Below are positions 47,483 through 56,785 of a stretch of 64,000 nucleotides of DNA, piece after piece. Positions within the stretch are counted from its first letter, which is position 1. Every line of letters starts with the position of its first letter. Position numbers and translations under genes: made by a program. Below the pieces are notes generated by a model. It ran no database searches. It was not told where the DNA came from and was given only the letters and a program-made list of their open reading frames with translations. The DNA is from a virus (lineage: Duplodnaviria > Caudoviricetes). The stretch is from the IMG/VR virus record IMGVR_UViG_3300028591_000071; one strand, 5' to 3'.

Positions 47483-49900
47483 ATGAGACCACAAGACATA
47501 AAGATACTCGGAGTAACCGTAACATATAACAATGAGGATAAAATTCCTTACGTAATGCCGTATTATGAGCGAATCGGCATCGATAAACTCGTTGTTTATG
47601 ACAATGGAAGTTCCGACAGGACGGTGGAAATGCTCAGCAAATACCCGTTTGTTGAAATCCGTTCCTATACTACGGAAAGATATGACGAGGGGCTTATCCT
47701 TAAATTCAAAACCGAAATACAAAATGAATTCAAGGGTCAATATCATTGGTGCATATCGACTTATTTCGACGAAGTATTCTACTCCGACCGTGATTTCAGG
47801 GAAGTGCTGTATGAAAAAATGTGTGAGGGTAAGACATACTTCCTTAAAACGGGGTTGAATATCTTCAGCCGAACGTTCCCGCCATCCGACAATGGAAAAC
47901 TCATACATGAAAATGTCGGCAGGGGGTCTTTATGGACTTCTGATGACGGAATAATCGGAGTCTTCGGAAACAAAGTAGAATTGTTCAATATGAACAAAGT
48001 CTACGTAAGATATCATATGGGCGGCTGTCACGAGTGTCAAATATTCGGAGAAGATTCACCTTTCGAGGACGACATCGCCTTTTTCCATCTCAAATTCATC
48101 GACTTTGATTTCATCGTCAAATCCAACGAACTGTACAGGCAGAGAACGGAAGGAACCGATATCCTTTGTTACGATTATTTTGCAAAAAACATGGAAAAAG
48201 TGTATCAGCTGATGGAAAAGAGAGCGATTTCCATAGAAGAATACATGAACACTCCGATGCATTACCTTATGCCACAGCAGGTCGTGTTCCTAATCAATGA
48301 AGCCGACAAGGAGATGCAGAAAAAATATATAGATGCAATCAAAGAGGCGTCGGATAGCGGGCCGGTACAACAATACGGAATATTATTCTATGGCGTCTCG
48401 GATGAAAATTATGACGAGATATGGTATTACGGGAGGCATCTTGGGTTACTGATTATGAACCATAGCCATACCAATAACGGCAGGGATGCTGTCAAGGGCT
48501 TCGGTGGTATGTTTGGAACGACATTAAAGCCGGAACCTTGGATTGCCGAGATTGGTGATGTGCGTATTCTTACCCCGTCATTCTTCAGGCATTTTGAAAA
48601 ACTCCTTATCGAATCTCATAAAAAAGGCATCAGGGACGTATCCACCAACGGTATCAGGTTTATTAAGTATAATAAATTCATTGAAGGCAATCAACCGTCA
48701 ACGCTTGGATGCTATATGATTGTACGTGATGAGGAGCAAACCATTAAAAATTGTCTTGACAGCATCATCAATATCTGTGATGAGATTGTGATTGTCGACA
48801 CCGGATGCGTTGACAAGACGATGGATATAGCAAGGGCTTATGGCGATAAGATAAAGACGTATGAGTTCAAGTGGATTAACGACTTCGCCGCTGCGAGAAA
48901 CTTTGCAATGTCAAAAGTCAGCACCGATTATTCATTTACCACCGATGCCGATGAGATATTCTCGCCAAGACTCAGGGAAACTATTATAAAACTTAAGGAA
49001 CGGAATTTCAATGGGCTTGATTCCGTAGATATCTATCTCCTGAACCATAACGGAACTGACGTGCCGAACTATTATGTCGGCGGAAGGCAAATAGTGAAGA
49101 ATTATCCAAGCAACATTTGGAAATATAAGATTCATGAGAAACTTTATTTCCGCAGAAACACTTTTACGACAATCGATTTGTTCAGCGGATACATACTGCA
49201 TAAGCATAACACAACGAAGTCGTCCACTTCTAACTACAACAAATATGCGGAATGGTATTATAAAGACCTGAATATGGGTGACAGTTATGTCCTTTCCAAA
49301 GAAAACGGGGCACATTACTTCTACTACCTGTTCTATACGCTCAGATGGATGGATGAACTTCGGTCAAGGCAATATCTCAAGGAATTGTACAACAAAGACC
49401 GCATCATATCATATACCGAAGACCAAAGAGCAAACATGTATCCGTCATTTATTAGTTTTGAAGAACTTTTTGTGTTCGAACTGCTGAATAACTCTACGGA
49501 CGCATCTTATATGGCCGCCATGTCTGAACATATAAACGAAAAATTTCCTAAATACCTCCTGTTACACAGAGCATACGAGATAGACAAGAATGTGCTGTCA
49601 CAAACAAATTGGATAAACCTGTCGTTCATCTCATACAACTATGGCCTTATCGATGAATTCATAACCACTACGGAAGAATCACATAAGAGATTTCCAAACA
49701 ATTCAACGATAAAATATAACATGAATTTCATAAATAGCACCGTCAGGCCGATATACAACTCAAATCTTTTGATTTTAACCACCGATGGGTTATATGTGGA
49801 ATCTACCAAAAACTATTATTCGCATATGTTCAAAAAGGCGGAAAATAATTTCTATGGAAATTATGATTATCAGATAGACCTCGGCGATACGGGCAATTAA
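47483..49900 (+). CDS. Two-domain GT2 glycosyltransferase with helical C-terminus (805 aa)
   Basis: Domain 1 is paralogous to 41478/42320 (YDNGSSDRTVEMLSKYPFVEIR). Domain 2: MIVRDEE..CLDSI..VDTG..WINDFAAARNFA..DADE..WKYKIHE (SunS/flagellin-GT-like). Confidence 0.8.
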   Translation: MRPQDIKILGVTVTYNNEDKIPYVMPYYERIGIDKLVVYDNGSSDRTVEMLSKYPFVEIRSYTTERYDEGLILKFKTEIQNEFKGQYHWCISTYFDEVFYSDRDFREVLYEKMCEGKTYFLKTGLNIFSRTFPPSDNGKLIHENVGRGSLWTSDDGIIGVFGNKVELFNMNKVYVRYHMGGCHECQIFGEDSPFEDDIAFFHLKFIDFDFIVKSNELYRQRTEGTDILCYDYFAKNMEKVYQLMEKRAISIEEYMNTPMHYLMPQQVVFLINEADKEMQKKYIDAIKEASDSGPVQQYGILFYGVSDENYDEIWYYGRHLGLLIMNHSHTNNGRDAVKGFGGMFGTTLKPEPWIAEIGDVRILTPSFFRHFEKLLIESHKKGIRDVSTNGIRFIKYNKFIEGNQPSTLGCYMIVRDEEQTIKNCLDSIINICDEIVIVDTGCVDKTMDIARAYGDKIKTYEFKWINDFAAARNFAMSKVSTDYSFTTDADEIFSPRLRETIIKLKERNFNGLDSVDIYLLNHNGTDVPNYYVGGRQIVKNYPSNIWKYKIHEKLYFRRNTFTTIDLFSGYILHKHNTTKSSTSNYNKYAEWYYKDLNMGDSYVLSKENGAHYFYYLFYTLRWMDELRSRQYLKELYNKDRIISYTEDQRANMYPSFISFEELFVFELLNNSTDASYMAAMSEHINEKFPKYLLLHRAYEIDKNVLSQTNWINLSFISYNYGLIDEFITTTEESHKRFPNNSTIKYNMNFINSTVRPIYNSNLLILTTDGLYVESTKNYYSHMFKKAENNFYGNYDYQIDLGDTGN

Positions 49901-49960
49901 CGAGAGAGCAAGCATTCCACGAATATACTGAACTAATGTTTGGAAGGGAATCTAAAATCA

Positions 49961-49993
49961 AAAAAATCGGAGGCTAAAAAGTCTCCGATTTTG
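49961..49993. terminator. Bidirectional terminator between convergent genes
   Basis: AAAATCGGAG...CTCCGATTTT inverted repeat with A/T tracts on both sides. Confidence 0.7.
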
Positions 49994-50789
49994 TTTTTTC
50001 ATATTCATTGTCAAACTCTTCCATGCTCATTTCCGAGCGGCTGCACCATTCTTCAAGTAGTTGGTCAAACTGAGAATACGGGTCCCATCCCGTTGTGGCG
50101 GCAACATAACAGGTAGTGGCCACAAGTTCGTAACTTATCGTGTTTCCCGGAAAATTCTCAGAGAAAAACCGCCCAATCATCCTTGGCTTCTCAATATTCC
50201 TCGTCTTCATCACATCCTTCAGCGTCGATACATTGACCCAAAAGATTGAACCGAGATAATAGTACCTGTTAAACGGAAGAACCTCGTTCGGCCTCCCGTC
50301 AGTATACCTGCAGTCAGTCATAGGAAAGCCATAGAAAACCTTCGTGTTCTGAACCAACCAATAATCAATCTCCCATTCTCTTGAAAGAGCGTAATAATAA
50401 TTGGAAAATACCCATCTTGCCGTGTTTTCCGTATTGTTACTCTCCCCGCGAAGATGCGAGAAGAATACCAACTTATCGTTGTTGGATTCATTGTCGAGAA
50501 TTTCCTCCTTGAAGTTCTTCGATTCCCTCAGCGATGTGTTTTTCTCAACCACGAACTCAACATTTTCCGTGTAACCAAGCGACATGATGAAATCTACATA
50601 TTCCGATATCAGTTTTGTATTCCCTATAAGGTCTTCCTTGACGGAAAGGATGAATTTTGCCTCATCAAACACGCTCCTCCACCTTTTAATGCAAGCAAAA
50701 TGTACCTTAGCGACAAGAACCTCGCTGCATCGCTGCTGCGGGGTCCTGTCGTCACCAATATAGATGAAAAATATTAATTTTTTACGCAT
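49974..50789 (-). CDS. Putative glycosyltransferase, unnamed family, paralogue 4 (start MRKKLIFF at 50789)
   Basis: KVHFACI..RESKNFK..FFSHLRG..WVFSNYYYAL..YLGSIFW..RFFSENFP; the start overlaps the nrdD stop. Confidence 0.55.
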   Translation of the reverse strand: MRKKLIFFIYIGDDRTPQQRCSEVLVAKVHFACIKRWRSVFDEAKFILSVKEDLIGNTKLISEYVDFIMSLGYTENVEFVVEKNTSLRESKNFKEEILDNESNNDKLVFFSHLRGESNNTENTARWVFSNYYYALSREWEIDYWLVQNTKVFYGFPMTDCRYTDGRPNEVLPFNRYYYLGSIFWVNVSTLKDVMKTRNIEKPRMIGRFFSENFPGNTISYELVATTCYVAATTGWDPYSQFDQLLEEWCSRSEMSMEEFDNEYEKTKSETF

Positions 50790-52959
50790 AAAATCTCTTG
50801 TTGGCCTCAATCTGCCTTGGCTCTGCGAAAGATGAAATCCTCTTTAAATATCCGATAACCCTCGTCAGGTAATCAAGATTCGTACTTCCACAGTGAGGGC
50901 ACTTGTCAAGCGTATGCTTACTGATGAAGCCACAATCATTGCAAACCGTATTCTTAACATTGAATGTAAAATAATTGCAACCATTCTTTGCTGCAACCTT
51001 CATTAACTGACGATATTGTGTCTGAGATAGATGTTCAGCCAAATTTTCATGGCACGCTGAGCCCCCATCCAAATATTGAACAAACTCTTTTCCGTGAAGT
51101 TTCATTTTCTCTATCACGCTTATGGTCTCGTCTTCAGGGTTATAGAAGTATGAACTATAAAGATTCCTGTTAGGGCTTACCCAATAGCCATCCTTCTGGT
51201 CCCACTTGTAATTCTTTGCAGCAAGATTCTCGGCGGGAACAAATTCAGTATTGAACATGCAATCCCTCGTCTTGTCCGCCTTGTTTGCAATGTTGATTGT
51301 TTCAAGGATGTTGTTTACGAACTCCTTGTATTCGTCATTAACGCTAACCTTGATTCCAAGGAACTCTGCCGCATCGGTAATTCCGTTTACACCAACGGTA
51401 AGATATTGCTTCCTCATGTCAATGAACCCTGCACGATATACATCAAGCATATTCGCATTCAAGAAGTCCTTTATTGTCTCGTTGAACGCCGTCTGATACT
51501 TGTGCACACGCTCTGTAAGTTCCCTGACCTCATTCCTTATGAACTCATAAAGTTCGTCCTTATCATACTTAAGTCCCTGTTCGGGAATGTTCTCGCCAGC
51601 GATGAGGGTCTGTCCCTTCGTGCGGAAATACTTTATCGTGGCATCCTGAACAAGTCTCGGAAGGTTCATCGTCATGACGGACTTTGACCCCGTTGCAACG
51701 GATGCTGTTCCCATTGAATATTGGTGTGTGGTATGATTATGCTCCGCATCCTGATTGTCCTTCAGTGAATTTCTTAGTCTGCAGCAGCTACTCAATGAGT
51801 CGGGGCTATCCGAAAGATAGCAGAAGAAACTGTGACCTTCGCTCCACATCTCGGCGGTGAAGTCCGCATATTCCTTATCCATAAAATCATCAGCACCATC
51901 TGTAAGAAGAGCCATCGTTTCAACGGGGAAAGTGAATGTGTATGTAAGCCTCTCATTGTTGAACCACTTCATGAACCTCTTCTGAAGCCATGAAAGAGTT
52001 TCCCACTTAGGGGCAGTTCCATCAGGGAACCTGAAATCTCCGAATACGCCTTCAAAGTAATATTTGTCGAAATAGCCAACATTCCAGAAGACCGTCTGAT
52101 AGCCACGGTTGCCTGCCGGCATGTTCATCGAATGAACAACCTGTTGAAACGCATTGTCAATTACATCTCCAATAGTCCTCTTCTTTCTGCTTAGGTCAAC
52201 AACCTCATCAATGTGATTGATATAGTCCTCGCCATAATCCTTGCGGATGAAATAATCCATATACATAAGGAATTCAGGTGTTGCAACCGCACCCATAAAT
52301 TGAGAAGACACTGAATACACTAAGTTAATGAATTCTCCGCAGAAAGACTTAAGGTCTGTTGGAGCAATCGACTCTCCGCCGAGCCCCTTTAGTCCATTTT
52401 CAAGGAACGGATACATCGTGATTGCTACACAATATGGATATCCTGGCGTTCCGCTTTCATCATGCTTATACAGGATGTGACTTTCAAGGTCTGCAATATA
52501 TTGGTCAGCCAATTTTTTTGAATACATCTTGCGAATCTTATCACAAAGGATGTAACGATTCTGTTTGATGTTGTTTTCCTTGTAGAGTTCCTGTCCCAAT
52601 GTAACGATGTTCTTGTTGCTGACATTAGCATTGGAATCAAACTTTGAGCCGGTTGCCGCATTGGAAGCATTGATGTACTCTTTGATAAAGTCCCTCTTCT
52701 TGTTAAGGTCTTTCCTGTCGTCGTTGTTCTCAATATACGCCTTTGCAACTTTTTTGTTGATGCTCATCAGCGCATTTTCTACCTGTCTCCTGATTTCCGA
52801 ACTACTAATGTTTTCGTAAAGATAAAGACTATTGACGACATTTTCCAACATCTGTTCATCGCAATCTTCGTTCATCGCCTCGAATGCTTTACATATTCCC
52901 CTCTTAACTTTCTCACTTTCAAACTCCTCGATGGAGCCATCACTTTTTCTTACATTCAT
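50782..52959 (-). CDS. nrdD: Anaerobic (class III) ribonucleoside-triphosphate reductase with ATP cone
   Basis: N-terminal ATP cone VRKSDGSIEEF, YPYCV, SSCCRL, TEFVPAE, C-terminal CNDCG..CPHCG and glycyl-radical RVIGYL. Confidence 0.95.
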   Translation of the reverse strand: MNVRKSDGSIEEFESEKVKRGICKAFEAMNEDCDEQMLENVVNSLYLYENISSSEIRRQVENALMSINKKVAKAYIENNDDRKDLNKKRDFIKEYINASNAATGSKFDSNANVSNKNIVTLGQELYKENNIKQNRYILCDKIRKMYSKKLADQYIADLESHILYKHDESGTPGYPYCVAITMYPFLENGLKGLGGESIAPTDLKSFCGEFINLVYSVSSQFMGAVATPEFLMYMDYFIRKDYGEDYINHIDEVVDLSRKKRTIGDVIDNAFQQVVHSMNMPAGNRGYQTVFWNVGYFDKYYFEGVFGDFRFPDGTAPKWETLSWLQKRFMKWFNNERLTYTFTFPVETMALLTDGADDFMDKEYADFTAEMWSEGHSFFCYLSDSPDSLSSCCRLRNSLKDNQDAEHNHTTHQYSMGTASVATGSKSVMTMNLPRLVQDATIKYFRTKGQTLIAGENIPEQGLKYDKDELYEFIRNEVRELTERVHKYQTAFNETIKDFLNANMLDVYRAGFIDMRKQYLTVGVNGITDAAEFLGIKVSVNDEYKEFVNNILETINIANKADKTRDCMFNTEFVPAENLAAKNYKWDQKDGYWVSPNRNLYSSYFYNPEDETISVIEKMKLHGKEFVQYLDGGSACHENLAEHLSQTQYRQLMKVAAKNGCNYFTFNVKNTVCNDCGFISKHTLDKCPHCGSTNLDYLTRVIGYLKRISSFAEPRQIEANKRFYA

Positions 52960-52987
52960 ACTAAAATTGTTTATATAATAAATAAAT

Positions 52988-53023
52988 CTTCCCCGTCTTT
53001 TTGTTCAAAAAATAACGGGGAAA
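52988..53023 (-). terminator. Hairpin between helicase and nrdD
   Basis: TTCCCCGT...ACGGGGAA inverted repeat; a TATTTAT motif lies just downstream. Confidence 0.6.
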
Positions 53024-53028
53024 ATTCA

Positions 53029-54582
53029 TTATTCAAAGTCTTTTTTTCCTGCCATATCCAAATCTTCTATCCTTCCGATATAGTTTCCGCTAACCTTCTG
53101 TTTTTCAGTAGGATACGAGGTTTTTCCATAATTTTCAGCCCGCTGCTCGTTCTGAATTGACCTTATCTTTCTCGTGCGTTCTTCCTCTTTCTTCTTCGGG
53201 GCTTCATCGGCCCAAGAAAGGTCGTCATATTCCTCTACATCATCACAGGAAATCGTACATGTTCCATTGTCAAATCTAACATTGTTGAAAATCTTTCCAG
53301 ACTTACCTGACCTGTTCTTTAGAACCGATACAACCGCCCTTCCACGGTCAATATCTCCGATACCCCTTGCAATGGATATTATAAGTTGTGCCACATGAAC
53401 TTTCTTTGCAGAGCCACTTGCCTGGTCCATCCTAACGACTTCGGGACTGTTCATGCTGTCCTTTGTTCCTTGAGTAGGAACCCATATTGCTATGTCAAGG
53501 TCATGTGCGATGTTCTCAAGTTTTCTCATTGTTGTTCCTTCGCGTGACCATTCGCTATCAGTCTGATAGCCGCCCTTCTCATGGGCAAGACACTCAAAGT
53601 AGTCAATGATAACCATATCAGGCTTAAACCCGCTGTTGATGAGCCGCTTGATAAACAATTCGATATCCGTTGCGCTCTTGGTCTCGGTCTTGAACCTCTT
53701 AAGCCTGAGGTTCTTCTTGAGCATTTCCTTATTAGCATAGTTTTCAAGAAGTTCGGCCACGCTCTCCCTCTGCTCATCGCTGAGTCGTTTGAATGTTCGT
53801 GCTTCCCTCTGTGTTATCCTTGAAAAATGCTTTCTCGTAACATCAACATCATCATCCTCGAAGTAAATCTGAAGGACTTTAAAGCCCTCATAGTTGTTCT
53901 GCTCGCACTTATACGATGACGCATATGCGGCGATTGCCGTTGTGAAAGATGTTTTTCCGAATCCGGCCGGTGCAATAATGAGACCGATTTTTCCCTTGTC
54001 AAGGCCCCCGCCGAGCACTTCATCAAGTTTATCAACACCTGTCGGTATTGACACCGTGTAATCGCTTGACAATGCCTTCTCCATCAGGTCATATATACTA
54101 TGCCCGAAATCGTCTGAAAGCCCTACCTGTGCCGCCTCGTCGAATATCCTTTGGCACTCTTCATATCTGTCAACATCGCCTTTCGCCGCTATCTCCAATA
54201 TCTTGTTGGCCGCTTTGATAAGGTTTTGCTGTTTGAAAAATCTTAGTGCAATGTCCTTGACCGTATCGCATCCTTCAAATGTGGTTTCAGATTTCAGTTT
54301 CTTTATAAGGGCTACCCATTCTTCCAACTCTATCTTAGTCCGTGAGCGTTCCCTTAACTGTATCTCAACCGTATCGTAATTTGGAACGAGACCATTTTTC
54401 ATGTAATAGTCTTTTAACGTTCCTACGAATGTTCTTAAAAGTGAATCTGTAAATGCATTCGGGTCAATGATTGAAACAAGGTCTTCAAAAAATCTGGGCT
54501 CTTCGATAAAATACTTGGCAAGTTTATACTGAAAGCCTAAATCAAGGTATCCAAGGTTACTTTTATCTACTTCTTTTCCCAT
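53029..54582 (-). CDS. dnaB: Replicative DNA helicase (DnaB/T4 gp41-like)
   Basis: IPTGVDKLDEVLGGG, Walker A APAGFGKT, Walker B VIIDYFE, VPTQG, LKNRSG. Confidence 0.9.
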   Translation of the reverse strand: MGKEVDKSNLGYLDLGFQYKLAKYFIEEPRFFEDLVSIIDPNAFTDSLLRTFVGTLKDYYMKNGLVPNYDTVEIQLRERSRTKIELEEWVALIKKLKSETTFEGCDTVKDIALRFFKQQNLIKAANKILEIAAKGDVDRYEECQRIFDEAAQVGLSDDFGHSIYDLMEKALSSDYTVSIPTGVDKLDEVLGGGLDKGKIGLIIAPAGFGKTSFTTAIAAYASSYKCEQNNYEGFKVLQIYFEDDDVDVTRKHFSRITQREARTFKRLSDEQRESVAELLENYANKEMLKKNLRLKRFKTETKSATDIELFIKRLINSGFKPDMVIIDYFECLAHEKGGYQTDSEWSREGTTMRKLENIAHDLDIAIWVPTQGTKDSMNSPEVVRMDQASGSAKKVHVAQLIISIARGIGDIDRGRAVVSVLKNRSGKSGKIFNNVRFDNGTCTISCDDVEEYDDLSWADEAPKKKEEERTRKIRSIQNEQRAENYGKTSYPTEKQKVSGNYIGRIEDLDMAGKKDFE

Positions 54583-54585
54583 ACA

Positions 54586-55344
54586 TTAAAGACTCCCGAA
54601 TGCCGCTCTTGCTGAATCGTTATTCCATTCGTTGATTATTCCATCAACGGTTGTGGTGTAATCCGCACTGTTCTGATAACTGCAGGCGTAACAGATGCTC
54701 TTTATAATGCCATAAACGAGGTCGTTCTTGCCTTCAACCATCTTGTAAAGAAGATACTGCTCGAAAGAAAGACGGTCAATGTCGTCTTCGTCAAATTTGC
54801 CTCTCTTGTTGGAAAGGTCAATCTTGTCGCGGACAAACTTAGGATAGTATCCGTCCCACTCTACGGAACAGACATCCCTCTCGTCAACCCTGAAGGTGAA
54901 TTTGTAAGTCGTCTTGTTTGCCTCGACATCGTTCTCAATCAATTCTCCATCATCGAACTTTCCTTCCAAAGCCTTATACTTTCCTTCTCCCGCATAGAAA
55001 TAGTCGTTCTCGTTATTGCCACGGACAACAAGCCCTTCGCCCAAAGAAAGACGCCCCCAATTCTCCTCGTTGGAGACATATGCCTCAAGTTCCTCGATGC
55101 TGCCGAATGCCTTCGGAGCGTACCTCTCAAGGTAAATTGCGGTCTTATCCTTCAGGTCGTTGTCAATCACACTCGCACAATGGCGGATGGCTGATGTCAG
55201 TTCATATGACTGAAGGGACTTTGGGTTAAACGAATTGATTCTGAAATAACGCTGGCAAATGATGTTGCCTCCCGTGGTTAAAATGAACTCGAACCTTTCT
55301 TTATAGTCGCGCTGTTCGTTCGACTGCTTTTTAATTTCTGTCAT
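54586..55344 (-). CDS. Hypothetical protein between exonuclease and helicase (252 aa)
   Basis: Long ORF with own upstream motifs; FEF.LT..GNIICQRYF and WDGYYPKFVR motifs; function not recognised. Confidence 0.7.
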   Translation of the reverse strand: MTEIKKQSNEQRDYKERFEFILTTGGNIICQRYFRINSFNPKSLQSYELTSAIRHCASVIDNDLKDKTAIYLERYAPKAFGSIEELEAYVSNEENWGRLSLGEGLVVRGNNENDYFYAGEGKYKALEGKFDDGELIENDVEANKTTYKFTFRVDERDVCSVEWDGYYPKFVRDKIDLSNKRGKFDEDDIDRLSFEQYLLYKMVEGKNDLVYGIIKSICYACSYQNSADYTTTVDGIINEWNNDSARAAFGSL

Positions 55345-55406
55345 TTATATTTTATAAATAAAGTTAAACATCCCGACTTCCGGTGTCGGTTACCGTTTTT
55401 GTTTAA

Positions 55407-55438
55407 TGAATATACAAAAAAATGCTTGTTTGAACAAA
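55407..55438 (-). promoter_or_regulatory. Host-sigma-like promoter TTTG-N20-TATATTCA
   Basis: Same spacing as the ugd promoter; the extended TTTTTGTATATTC core is repeated at 44029-44041 and 56691-56703. Confidence 0.55.
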
Positions 55439-56674
55439 CTAATTTTCGTCAATACTTTCCTTATATCTCCTTATCTCCCTGTTAGCGAGGTCATTAAACT
55501 GTACAAAAAAGTTTGCAAAAGAATTCTTGTCCATCAATTGTTCTATTCCGTCCCGCTTTATCATCGAGTAAAGATTCTCGAATGAACGTCCTTCGGGGTC
55601 TATCGGGGCATACATAAGGGCCTCGATGTCTTCTTCCGCCGATTTTGTGAGTAAAGGGTGTTTCAAGTCTATGATTTTCTCGTTTATCTCGTAGAAATCG
55701 CCGTCATATTCCTTGTTTGACACGCCATTAACTATATTTTCGTGCCATTGAAGCGGTTTCTTCTTCTCGTTAACCCTTTCGTCAATCCTCTCCTGTGCCC
55801 TTTGTTTCACCTCTTCTATCGTTACGGGACGCTCCGCAATCTCGGGCATCAATTCCATCAACCTGTTTTCGGAAAGACCCTTGATGTTCCCTATGTTGTC
55901 GCTTGCATCTCCGCAAAATACTTTCTTGATAAGCACATTCTCTACGGGATATCCCTTAATCCTTTGAAAATTTGACGGCTTCAGATACTTTTTAATCATC
56001 CTGTTATAGACATTGACCGTTGGAGAGATAAGTTGCGTGAGGTCATTATCCGTGCTTACGATGACAACCCTTTCTTCGGGCTTCTTATGAAGTACATAAT
56101 ATGCAATGAAATCATCACCCTCTGTCCTGTCGTCGAAAAGGACCCTTATGTACATCTCAACGCAGTACATCATTATTATATTGCGCTCCCGCTCGAAATT
56201 TTCATCCGCTATCTCCTTTTTCCTTCTCCTCAGCTCCTGTTCAATTTTTTCCTCCTCTGTGAGTTCTTCTTCAGCCTTCTTCTTTTTCTTGTTGTATATC
56301 GCACGCTCCATTCCCTTCAGCGTCCTGTTCAACCTCTTCCAATAGTCGCTTTCCTCTCCGTCTGCTATGAGATGCTTAGCATAATTCTTATCTCTATTTG
56401 CCTTATATTCGTGATAAAGTTGGTAACGGAGTATTCCACTGTCGGTATCGTCAAACACAACATAAACATAATCATACCTTATTTCCCTCATCAATAGTTT
56501 TATCTGAAGGAAGAACTGAAATATTCCGCCGTAATGTATTCCATCCGAATTAATCTTGTCATCGGCCATGGCTTGACGCAAAAGATTATTACCATCTATT
56601 ATTAATGTATAAAACGGCTTTTCTGCTATTTCCGGATGATTATCCTTTATGATTTGTCTAACGGGCTGTCCCAT
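55439..56674 (-). CDS. 5'-3' exonuclease / flap endonuclease (T4 RNase H-like; start MGQPVRQ at 56674)
   Basis: LIIDGNNLL, VVFDD, YKANR, EGDDFIA, STDNDLTQL, GDASDNI. Confidence 0.9.
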   Translation of the reverse strand: MGQPVRQIIKDNHPEIAEKPFYTLIIDGNNLLRQAMADDKINSDGIHYGGIFQFFLQIKLLMREIRYDYVYVVFDDTDSGILRYQLYHEYKANRDKNYAKHLIADGEESDYWKRLNRTLKGMERAIYNKKKKKAEEELTEEEKIEQELRRRKKEIADENFERERNIIMMYCVEMYIRVLFDDRTEGDDFIAYYVLHKKPEERVVIVSTDNDLTQLISPTVNVYNRMIKKYLKPSNFQRIKGYPVENVLIKKVFCGDASDNIGNIKGLSENRLMELMPEIAERPVTIEEVKQRAQERIDERVNEKKKPLQWHENIVNGVSNKEYDGDFYEINEKIIDLKHPLLTKSAEEDIEALMYAPIDPEGRSFENLYSMIKRDGIEQLMDKNSFANFFVQFNDLANREIRRYKESIDEN

Positions 56675-56700
56675 GTTGAAATGTTTTATTGAATATACAA

Positions 56701-56732
56701 AAAAAATCCGAGAAACGCAACGTCTCTCGGAT
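56701..56732 (-). terminator. Rho-independent terminator
   Basis: Stem ATCCGAGA/TCTCGGAT with a T-tract on the minus strand. Confidence 0.7.
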
Positions 56733-56785
56733 GATAATGTTCTACATTCTTCTATTATTGAGCAGCCCATGTATGTCAAATATAT

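Noticed and set aside
36097-56779. Extended N-termini given by the track (37470, 44058, 45430, 46214, 50810, 56779)
   Set aside because: The extensions run through promoters, terminators, IS hairpins or neighbouring genes; downstream ATGs match family N-termini better.
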